Source: Naegleria gruberi (lineage: Eukaryota). Taken from it: DNA of 64,000 bases. The stretch is taken from assembly GCA_000004985.1 (NCBI GenBank), contig GG738894.1. One strand, 5' to 3'. Shown one piece after another: positions 37,001-46,793 of the stretch; position 1 is the stretch's first letter; every line of letters begins with the position of its first letter. The notes under the pieces were generated by a model. It was given only the letters and a program-made list of their open reading frames with translations, searched no databases and was not told the DNA's origin. The translations under genes and the position numbers were made by a program.

Positions 37001-39125
37001 AGACACTGAACAACTTACCATCGAAGCAATAGATGATTTTGCAAAAGGAGTAATATCTTTCATTAATGATATTAATACCATGGGGAAATATTCATTTGCC
37101 TTTCAATTTCTTACTCAAACTTTTAATGGATCTTCTGATATTCAAATGTTAGCTAACGATTTAACCTCTAAACAGCAAATATTTGGTGTTATCGCTCCAG
37201 ATGTAGATTATGACATTGAAATGTTTACGAACATTAGTTTACCAATTATCGGCCCCAAAACTGCTAACATGCAATACAGAAATTACAAAAAAAATGTAAT
37301 TAACATCTACCCTTCCTTAATAGATGAAATCTTCAATTTGGTTGAATTTTTCCTAAAATTTAGTGACGCAATTACTATTGTTTATGAGTCCTTGGATGTT
37401 AATAATTATGCTCAACCCCAGGTATTGAAAACTATCCAAAATATAATAACTAACAGACAACTTTCAAGAGTTTCCCTCACTTGTATGACTTGTGTCAGTG
37501 ATCAAGCAGGGTCAGTAATAATTATGGCAGAAACAGAAGAAATCATTCAGTTTATTAGAGCAAATCAGAAGATAATGAACAGAGTTGGTTTGATTTCAGA
37601 AGCATATGAAGAGCATGATGATCTTAAAGAGTTGTTGTCCCTTCATTCGAATGTTTACATGTCCACTATAGTATCCCTCACAACAGAAATGACGGGATTT
37701 GTGGAATCTGAATTCACAAAGCATTTTCAAGTTTCGTTTCCAAACGACGTGCCAACAATAGAGTCTATAGATGGTTTCGTTTCCTTTTTGTTTGTTGAAA
37801 AAGTATTTGAGTCATTCTTAGATAGAATACAACCAAGACAACAACAGGCTTTCATTGACAAGATATATAGTCTCTCTGTTTTAGATATTGGTGACATTAC
37901 TCTTGGAAAGTTCACCAATACCTGCAATCAAGGAACAAGAAGATTGTACGTTAGCAGATTTTCCCTTAGTAACACAAGTGAAGTCATAACAGTCACAGAA
38001 CCAAACAGTCTTTTCACAATTTCAACATGTGGGTATAACTTCCCTTCCCCTGCAGTCATGGATTATCTTTATTATATTCTAATTTCTATATTGGCTATAA
38101 TTTTTTTGATTGTAGCCATGGGAATATCAGGTTTATTAATTTACAGACAGTATAAGGCTAAAAAGTCACACCTTCATGCTCCAAAAGGAGGAGTCATTTC
38201 TTTTGCGTTTACTGATATTCAAAATTCTACTGTATTGTGGCAATACAATGAGAAAGCAATGAAATTAGCTCTTGCTATACATAACAAGATAGTTAGGGAT
38301 AATATTAAGAAATACAGAGGTTACGAAGTCAAAACTCAAGGGGATTCATTCTTTGTTGCTTTTAGAAAGATAGAAGATTGTATTAATTGGGCATTCTCTG
38401 TTCAAAGTGATTTATTGAAAGCAAATTGGCCATCTGATATTATTACACAGTATGATTGTAGACCAGAATTTGAGGAAGGAACAAAAGTTTTGATTTATTC
38501 TGGTTTGAGGGTAAGAATGGGGCTTCATTGTGGTCAAGCTGAATATATTTTTGATAAGACTGTGAAAAGACCAGATTACTTTGGCAACACCATTAACCAG
38601 ACTGCCAGAATTCAAGCTCTTGCAAGAGGAGGAGAAATATTATGTAGTGAGGCCATGTTACAAGAAAGCAAATATTTATTTAAAATTTCTGGCCCAAGTT
38701 TCGAGGAGGAATTGTCGCATCAATCCTTAAACATACCAAGAAGAAGCTCTGAATCCACATTGTCAAAGAAGCGTAGATCAGTTGTTCCTGGATCCAATCC
38801 AATCTATACAGCCGAAGATTTTGGATATTGCTCCCTAAAAGGTATTAAGGAGGAAGTCAGAGTCTTTACACTTAAAAATAATGATATGAAACTTAGAGTT
38901 TTTCCACCTATTGGAAGATACAAAAATATTGAGGAAACATCGAACAATACCTTGCGATCGATTGCTTCCGTTCCAACATTTGAAACATCAAGTATCAATG
39001 GAGATGATATCATTGTGCACATTCCTGATCAAGCATCAGACAACCAAAAGAGCAAACCTGAACGGTTGAACACTCAAGCGATTGAACTTCCAGAGATTAT
39101 GATTTCTGGTGTAGATAATAAATAA
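34086..39125 (+). CDS. Receptor-type adenylate/guanylate cyclase (periplasmic-binding-protein type-1 ectodomain, single TM, class III cyclase domain; 2 exons)
   Basis: Exons 34086..34617 and 34666..39125, with a 48-nt GTAAGT...AG intron. Exon 1 encodes the signal/TM segment LIILLLITLLVVLPTF and the start of an ANF-receptor/LIVBP domain, which continues in exon 2 (GILAAFNEINSVGGIFGKKKLRLISMDDGYEP...GFIGVVGSPTILAAYDLVVSSGLPLIGSYTGA). TM helix MDYLYYILISILAIIFLIVAMGISGLLIY. The cyclase catalytic core includes ISFAFTDIQNSTVLW, YEVKTQGDSFFVAF, VRMGLHCGQAEY and FGNTINQTARIQALARGGEILCS. Confidence 0.85.
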
Positions 39126-39145
39126 AATGGTTTAATGGAAAGAAT

Positions 39146-42100
39146 TTACTCCATTTTCAAAAGTTGACAAAGTCTGTCCAAGTCTGGATGATTTTCCATA
39201 TATGCAACAGTATCTTTTTCAAAGAGAGCAAATAATTCATCATCAACTTCATCGAGTCCCTTATCTCCCAACCCAGGAACATTCAATCTAAAGTATTCAC
39301 ACAAACTCTTTCCTTCCTTAAAGAACTCGAGCTGAGCAGTAGCCATTTTGTGAATTCTATCACTGCTCAATTGTAAGTTTACCACTGAAAGTAGTGTGTT
39401 CAATGTTTGAGAAATACCCTTGAATGCCTTCATGATTGACTTTTTCCTTGGTTTAGTATTAGTTCCTTGTGGACTTAAATTTAAATTGACTTCTTCATCT
39501 CCATCTTCTTCACTATTTTTCCCTGATAATGCTCCTGTTCCCAAACTAACAAAAACAAACTTGTCATGATTAGGGAATATTTGCTTAGCCTCATACATTG
39601 CTAAAATATAATTTTAAAACACAACACTTCTAATTAATACTTACAAAGTTGAATTGGATTATTTGCAACAACTGCACCATCTATAAATTCAGAATCACCA
39701 ATTACTCTTGGCTTGAAGTACATTGGGGCAGCAGAAGTAGCTCTAATAACATCCATAGCTGTAATACCAGCACCTGTGCTAGTACCTCGGTAGAATGATG
39801 GCTGTTTCTTTGATGAGCTTGTTAAAGATGAAGACTCACTTTCCTCTGTGTAGTCATAAGGGTCGCTGTATGTTCTGAAAACAAAGGCTGTTGGCTCATC
39901 CAAGTTCATTTTAGGATTCGAAGATTTGTCCATTGTAGAGACAAGGAATGTAAAAGGTTTCTTTTTGTGAAGAGTATTCAAGTCAACATCTTGAGTAAGA
40001 TTCATTGAGGTCATCTCAAGATGATATCCATCATACCAACTTCTACCTCTGAGGACTTTCATTGTCTTGACAAGAGACTTGTTGTGGGTTGTCTTCAAGT
40101 CAAAAATATTTTTACCAATGTCAATATAATATTCTTTAGCAAGCTTCATTGGAACTCCTCCATTAATAAGCAATGCAACAATTCCACCAGTACTTGTTCC
40201 AGCAACAATGTCAAATATTTCACAAATCTTCTTACCAACTCTTTCTTCAATTACCTTTAAAATCTCAATCAAAATAAGACCCTTCATACCACCACCATCC
40301 ATAGAAAGTACCTTTACAGTTTTGCCTTTCTTTTCCTCTCTGTGTTTGGAAAAGTTGGTAATGATATTGTCATTATCATTTTTCCATATTGGAGATTCTT
40401 CGAGGCCAACTTGTTCATCTTCAATTTTAACGTTAAACAACTTTCTTCTTCTATGAATTCTCTCTTTCAGTAAATCTCTCAAATAGATTGGTTCGGCAAA
40501 GTGAATCTTTGTACCTTCTTTGTGGAAAAATTTACATTTTTGCTTTACAGGATCATACTTCTCTTGCAAATACTTTTCCAACCAAAACTTTCTATCCAAA
40601 GTTTTAAGAATCAAATAATCAAATTTGTATTCCTCCTTAAACTTTGGACACTGCTCAAGAAGAGAATTGATCAAGTTCAATAGGTAAGTGTGGTTCTTGA
40701 TCTCTTGTTTTTGGTGGAACTTTCTGTACTTTTTGAGAATTAATCTCTTTGGAACATAATAAATAAAATTGGTATCTCTATTTCTTTCTTCCTCTATTAA
40801 TAAATCCAAGTAGTCTTCTGGAGTGAAAGGTAAATTTTCTTTGCATGTTGGGGTTGCATCATCAAACTCGTCACCCTCCTTACCTTGTTCGTTTGGAGTA
40901 GCAGGAGATGGTGCTGAGTTTGATACCTTTGCGTGTTCTTTTTCTTCCTTTTCCTCTTTTTCTTTCTTCTTCTTTTCAATATCTCTATATTCTCTATAGT
41001 ATTTCACCAAGGTTTTTGGTAAAACATTCTTACTCTTGAGCTTTTTACCACTTAATTTTTCAATGACTCTTCTAGCAAAGGAAAACGAGTGGTAATTATA
41101 GTAGGAGTATTTCTGTTTGGTATTGTATTCATTGATAATTTGACATGTTGTGTCTAATACTTTGGAAAGTGGTTGTTCAGACAAGTTGAATTCAATTGTA
41201 GGACAGTCAGATAAATCAATCTTATCTGTCGAAAATTGATGGACCAGAGAATCTTCAAGCCAAACATAAATTCTATTAAAAATTTTAACTCCAAATTTGA
41301 TAAAATCTAAATCTCTAATCCATCGATCTGCCATTATTCTAATAGGTTCAAATTTGGTCATGTAGGTATCAATATCCATCATTATAAGTTCAACTTTAAC
41401 ACACTTGATATCAAATTCTGACCCAAAAACTCCAGCAGCATGAGTCAAGTTAAAGCTTTTCACTCTTCTGTGAGCTTTCTTCTTGAGTGGTGATTGCAAG
41501 CTAGGAGTCTTTTTATCTAGGGCGACAACACTACCAGATCTAAGTAAACGAGGAGATACTGGCGAAATTCCTTGGTTATCAAGTTCTTGGAAGGCATTTG
41601 AAGTCACAGGAATAGACCTTGGTGAAAATGCATTAGCTGCCACCAATGGTGAAACTGGAACAAATGGTGAAGCAGAGGGATCAATCATGAATCTAATGTC
41701 ACCATCCCTATTACTAGCCAAAATATCAGTATCTCTCTCAACAGTTGATGGTACACCTGAGGAAATATCGTCTGCTGAATCAAAACGGTTTGTGAGTGTA
41801 ATTTTCTTTGTTGGTGTTTTAAATCCTGGCTCATCAGCAGTGCTGCTGATGATAGAAGCATTCCACAATGTAGCACTATCACTCAATGCCCTACGATGAA
41901 CGTATTGTTCGGAATTATTCTCTGATGAACTTGTTGATGTTACTACTCTTTCCACTTTTCTATTATTTTCTGTACAATTTACTTGTTGGTTTTGAGGGAG
42001 TTCGAGCTGAATTTCATTTGAATCATCTTCCTTAATTGAATTATTTTGTGTATTATCATTATTAATAACGGTTACAGATGACGTTTTTGTCTCATCTTCC

Positions 42101-42150
42101 CCAACTGTCTTGCCTTGCTCCGTAGTACTATGTTGTTGTTGTTGATTCAC
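39146..42150 (-). CDS. Patatin-like phospholipase (PNPLA) with long N-terminal extension (2 exons)
   Basis: Exons (minus) 39645..42150 and 39146..39600, with a 44-nt intron (GTAAGT...TTTTAG on the minus strand). Patatin motifs: KVLSMDGGGMKGLILIEIL (GGGxK/RG), DIVAGTSTGGIVALL (GxSxG), DGAVVANNPIQL|S (catalytic Asp, split by the intron), FVFVSLGTG. Confidence 0.8.
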
Positions 42151-43231
42151 CTTGTTCCATCTTGTTTGCCTTATTATTTGTAACGGCTATATTTAAGGCT
42201 GATTGTTGTAGATCCACAGCAAGTGATACGTTTGATGCAAGTGATGGTGTTTTTGAGGTGTTTTTTTGTTTATCCTTGTCAGTAAGACGTCCACCTGCAC
42301 CACCACTAGTATTTGTTGGCGGGAAATTGAGATCCTTATCGTTATTGTTGGTGGTTGATGATGATGTCGATGATGATGATGAATCATTCATACTCTCCTC
42401 ATAGGGAAGAATATAATTTTCATACGGAGTGTAAAAGTAATATTGTTTGCAATAATTTAAATGATCAACTTGATGATGATGATTAGGACTATCATTATGG
42501 GCTGATGATGATGATGAAGCCTTCTTATAGGAACGTGATAAGAATAATTGTTTGGCCTTGAATTCATTATAGACTGTTCCACACATTTCACTGATGAAAC
42601 CATATTGTTGATTCTGCCAAATATTCCTCTTATTATTGGGAAGGATCACTTCATCGAGTTGATTGTGTTGTATCATGTTCGGATAAGTCTCTACCAAATA
42701 TCTGGTAAAATAGACTGGTGATTGGGCAATCTTATTCTTGAGAACATTCAATCGATTAATGTCCTTCTTATGGGCCAGCACAATATCTATATCATGATCT
42801 TCATCATCCTCTTCTTCAATATCATGATCTTCTTCATCTTCTTCTTCTTCGGATGAATCTCTAAAGGCAACCTTCTTATGATGATGATTATTATTATTAG
42901 TAGTAGTAGTAGTACTGGTGATGTTGGAACTATTAGAACTGTTATTACTAAAAATTGTTGGTGCTGTTGGTGTACCTCCTGGTGATTGAACACTAATGTT
43001 GAATAAATTGGCTTCACTATTCGAATTGCTCATTGTTGTGGAGGTGGTAGTAGTACTGGTACTTGTACTAGTAATTGAAGAAGTTGTGGTTGTAATGGAG
43101 GAAGATGATGAAACATGAGGAATTGGTTGATTAAAGGCATCAGCTGAGAGTGGAGTAACTTTGTGTTGTTGCTTGGAAGACGAAGAGGTACTTTCGTCCG
43201 ATTGTTGTTGTGTGTTGTGGAAACTGGTCAT
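42128..43231 (-). CDS. Hypothetical Ser/Thr/acidic low-complexity protein, possibly the 5' part of the patatin gene
   Basis: 367-aa ORF on the same strand. Its stop overlaps the patatin ORF start by 23 nt in a different frame. The switch falls inside a (CAA)5 tract (NKMEQGESTTTT* versus MNQQQQHSTTEQ). Confidence 0.4.
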   Translation of the reverse strand: MTSFHNTQQQSDESTSSSSKQQHKVTPLSADAFNQPIPHVSSSSSITTTTSSITSTSTSTTTTSTTMSNSNSEANLFNISVQSPGGTPTAPTIFSNNSSNSSNITSTTTTTNNNNHHHKKVAFRDSSEEEEDEEDHDIEEEDDEDHDIDIVLAHKKDINRLNVLKNKIAQSPVYFTRYLVETYPNMIQHNQLDEVILPNNKRNIWQNQQYGFISEMCGTVYNEFKAKQLFLSRSYKKASSSSSAHNDSPNHHHQVDHLNYCKQYYFYTPYENYILPYEESMNDSSSSSTSSSTTNNNDKDLNFPPTNTSGGAGGRLTDKDKQKNTSKTPSLASNVSLAVDLQQSALNIAVTNNKANKMEQGESTTTT

Positions 43232-43922
43232 GGGTAATGTCAGTTTAAACTGTGGAGGAAAGGGATAATGAAAATGGGTTTCAGTGTGGTTGAATGACCA
43301 GCTCTTTCAACCTAATGAATGGTGTTTCGTACAAAATTGATTCTTTTTTTTTGAGAATGTTTCGTCTACAGTCTAATAGAGTTAGGAGGATGACTGAAGT
43401 AGAAAAGGTGCGTCTTTATGAATTACCGTGAGAGGAGTGAAGGACAACTGAGGTTTGTGCTCAAAAGAGAGTACGGTCTTTTAGGCGTGTGTACTTTTTT
43501 TTCAGTGATGTGAAGAAACCTTTAGAATAAGAATAAGAAGAATCAACAATTATTCATTCAAAATACTCAGGTTCAAGACAGAAAAGCAAAGTAATATAAT
43601 CGACCTATTAATCGTACAAAAAACTGGATCACTTTCATTTGTAATTGTCTCCTTTTTAAATCTGACTTGTGACTTGACTGGGTCTATTTGGTTTGATTCC
43701 ATGTCATGCAATTTTGTAACACAGATATTTATTCCTTGAAGAAAAGTACTACACCAATTGTAATCCATTCCTTTTTCATTTGTATACACTAGAATACTAA
43801 TTGAATTTAATTCACATCTTAAAACTCGCACTCGTGAAACAATTAAAAATTCAAAATAAGCGCTCATGCAGAATTTCCACAAGTTATCTTTAAAATAAAA
43901 AATTTAAACGTTTATTAATCGT

Positions 43923-44097
43923 ATGAACCCGACGGGTTCGTCTTGATGATATTACGAATATTAAATAATAAATTCTTTCTTGTTGGGATTGCTTTGTTCA
44001 TTTCTTGTAACTCTGTGGACACAAATACTTGGCTTGAACACCCTATGCTGGAACCCCGGGTAGTATAGGGTACGGTGACTTAACCCGACGTAAGTAT
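43923..44097 (-). ncRNA. Candidate snRNA-like structured ncRNA (U1-like 5' end AUACUUAC, terminal GC hairpin)
   Basis: A GC-rich island sits in an AT-rich spacer. The minus-strand transcript would begin AUACUUACGUCGGG, complementary to the GUAAGU donors used by this window's introns. It has GGGU...ACCC and CCCUAU...AUAGGG stems, an A/U-rich single-stranded tract (GAAUUUAUUAUUUAAU), and a terminal hairpin GAACCCGUCGGGUUC at 43925-43939. The only ORFs here are two spurious ones. Confidence 0.3.
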
Positions 44098-44403
44098 TGC
44101 GGCAACACACTGTGGTCTCAGGGTCAACAGTGTAGTTACTGGGTGGTACGACATTTTTTTTGAGACGCTTTAAAATAAAAAATGAATAGAATGAGTCGGG
44201 CATATTTTCAAATGTGGAGGTGCGAAGGGTTGGGATGTCCTACTACTAATAATCATCAAGCTAGGACGGTGGTATCATCGTCGGGTGGTGAGAAGGATCA
44301 TGATTGGAGGCGCACCAATTCAATATTAAAATTATTTAATCTTTTTGATCGGAATAGTAGCAATAGTAGTGGTGGTTATAAATATTGTAAAAATAATTTT
44401 TCC

Positions 44404-45600
44404 ATGATGATGATAAGTTTTGGAGTGATGATCATGTTGTTAATGTCATTATTGAATAGTACGAGTTTTGTGAATGCTGCTGAAGTGCCATTATTATTGG
44501 GAAGTGGATCTTCACTTGTTGAAGAATTTCATAAAGAAGCAGCAAATTATTTTATTGGATACATGAGAAGAAGTGTCGATGTAATGTATGATGCCTCTGG
44601 ATCGGGGACTGGTGTGAAAAATTTATTTAATTCGAATGGAGTTTATTCATTTGCAGCAACTGATTATGGATTAAAGGCAGCTGACAGAAAAATTAATACA
44701 GATGCAAAAGTGTTGCCAATCATGACAACATATATTTCAATAATTGTATGTAGGATAGCGAAAGAAATTAATATTGAACATAATTAGAGTAATATTGAAG
44801 GATTGAAGGGTGGTTATTCAATTACCTTTTCCCAGGAGGCGCTTGTAGGAATATTTAATGGAACCATTTCCAGATGGAATGACCAAACATTGCAATTGTT
44901 GAATCCATCACTTGCACTCCCAAATACATCAATTTATGTGGTTGTTAGAAATGATTCAAGTGGCACTACTGACATGCTCACTACTGGATTATCATCATTT
45001 TCAAAGGAGTGGGCTTCAACATATGGATCGGGAACTTTAATCAAATGGTCATCCCTCTTATCGAACAGAATAATCTATGCAGAGGATGCCAAAGATGTTT
45101 CTTTCATCATTACTAGCACACCAAACACTATTGGGTACTCTACACCTACTACTTTTGAGCAGCATGCTCCAGCAACTATCAAAACAAAATTAGGAGCTTC
45201 TGTCACTCCCTCATCGAGCTATCTAAAAGGTGTAATAACAAGTGGAATATCATTTAATGAGAATTTTATGCATCCTTCTGTGGTTATAGATAGGCCAGAT
45301 ATTTACCCATTCGTTGGTGTTTCTTATATTGTCTATTTGTCATCCACAATGAATGATTGTGTAAAGGCTACTTATTTGGGCAAGCTTTTGGAATATTATA
45401 CTTCAGATAGAGCTACCAAGATTATTGAGGATGCCGCCTTTTCTTCACTCTTCATTGATGCATCTGTAAAGGAAAGATATATGGGATATTTGAAAAATTT
45501 CACATGTAATGGTAAACCTGTACTGAGTTCCAGTTCCATCACTCAATATTCGATAGCACTTTTAATTTTATTGATTATTCAATTATTATGTATTTTATAA
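44404..45600 (+). CDS. PstS-like phosphate-binding protein (bacterial periplasmic binding-protein fold), secreted with a GPI-anchor-like C-terminus (2 exons)
   Basis: Exons 44404..44745 and 44788..45600. The 42-nt intron GTATGT...AATTAG contains the in-frame TAG that splits the two track ORFs. Signal peptide MMMISFGVMIMLLMSLLNSTSFVNA. PstS family motifs GSGSSLVEEF, YDASGSGTGVKN and ALVGIFNGTISRWNDQTLQLLNPSLALPNTSIYVVVRNDSSGTTDMLTTGLSSFSKEWASTYGSGTLIKW correspond to LADIYLGKIKKWDD...NPGLKLP..I.VVRRADGSGT.F.FT.YL...W....G.G..V.W. C-terminal hydrophobic tail ALLILLIIQLLCIL. Confidence 0.75.
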
Positions 45601-45610
45601 GTTATATATT

Positions 45611-46623
45611 TTACAAAACCAAAGCAAATAATGCAACGATAACCATAATTAAGGAAACAAGATGCATACTCAATACATTTGCGCTATTAACTCTTGTATC
45701 GAAAGTGGTATATGTTTGTACATAATCCAAATAACTTGTAACATTTGTATAGATACCTCTATTTGAAACCGATCCTGCAGTTCCACATCCGTTAGGTCCA
45801 AAACTAACAATACCAAAAACAATATAATCATTTGTAGAATTAGGAGCTTTGTAAAATAATGGCCCTCCAGAATCACCTTGACAGCTAGTTATCATTAATT
45901 AATTATTGGAATTAATATTTTCAACTTAAATAATGAGGAATAAATACACCTACCTGTCATGTCCTTTTCCATCGCCAGCACAGATTTGTTTTGGTGATGA
46001 AGCATCCAAGTTAATAGCATTACATTTACTCATATCAACCACAGGTACAGTAACTTTCATCAAATCTGTTGGAAGTGGTTGAGTATCAACAGTTGTTCCC
46101 CATCCAGCAACAATAGATGAGAAACCAATAGGAATTGATCCAATTTCCAAATAGGCAGCCTTAGCTGTTTTACCGTCCAATGTCATTGCTGATTCCAATT
46201 CAAGAATAGCTATATCATTTACAACATTATTATTTGAATCACTATATTGAGGATGGACATGAATGTTCTTTATCTTAATATATTTACGTTGTACATCACT
46301 CACAGAATTTCCACCATATACAGCAATCCAAGGTAATGTATCAGGGGGACTGAAACAATGGGCAGCTGAGAGTAAATATTTGGAATTTATAATTGAAGCT
46401 CCACAAGTGTGACTGTAGCTTTTGGCGCTGATATCATCAGCCTGTTGGAGTGAGACAATGAATGGAAATTCGTTGGTGCTTGCCTTTTCACCATTGGACA
46501 CTTTAGAATCTCTCACTTTAAGTTGTTGAGCAGTTGATAATTTAGATATTAAGGCAACAATACTCAACAGAAGGAGGGCAAGAGTCCTCTTCCTTCCACT
46601 GTTACTACTTCCTCCGATCAACA
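45611..46623 (-). CDS. Trypsin-like serine protease (S1 family), secreted (2 exons)
   Basis: Exons (minus) 45954..46623 (first in-frame ATG of the ORF is 46759; the signal-peptide Met [32 protein letters not shown] is at ~46623) and 45611..45884. The 69-nt intron runs GTAGGT...CTAG on the minus strand. Catalytic triad present: [24 protein letters not shown], with CAGDGKGHD|SCQGDSGGP across the intron. Confidence 0.8.
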
Positions 46624-46793
46624 TTGTGTGAATTTTTATTGTTGTTGAAATAATTAAATTGGAAGTGTGAAGGACAAAACCAATCCAAAGATTACTGTGG
46701 AAGAGGAAATAGAGCGTTCTTTTAGGAGATAATTTGATCATTCTTTTATTATATTTCACAACTATATTGAAGGAACATCATGTGATGACCCAC

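Noticed and set aside
44040-44165. Spliced-leader (SL) RNA interpretation of the plus strand (structured 5' part, GUAAGUAU donor, AUUUUUUUUG Sm-like site)
   Set aside because: SL trans-splicing is not established for this type of genome, and the same block reads as a U1-like snRNA on the minus strand. It is kept only as a generic snRNA-like ncRNA candidate pending a covariance-model search.
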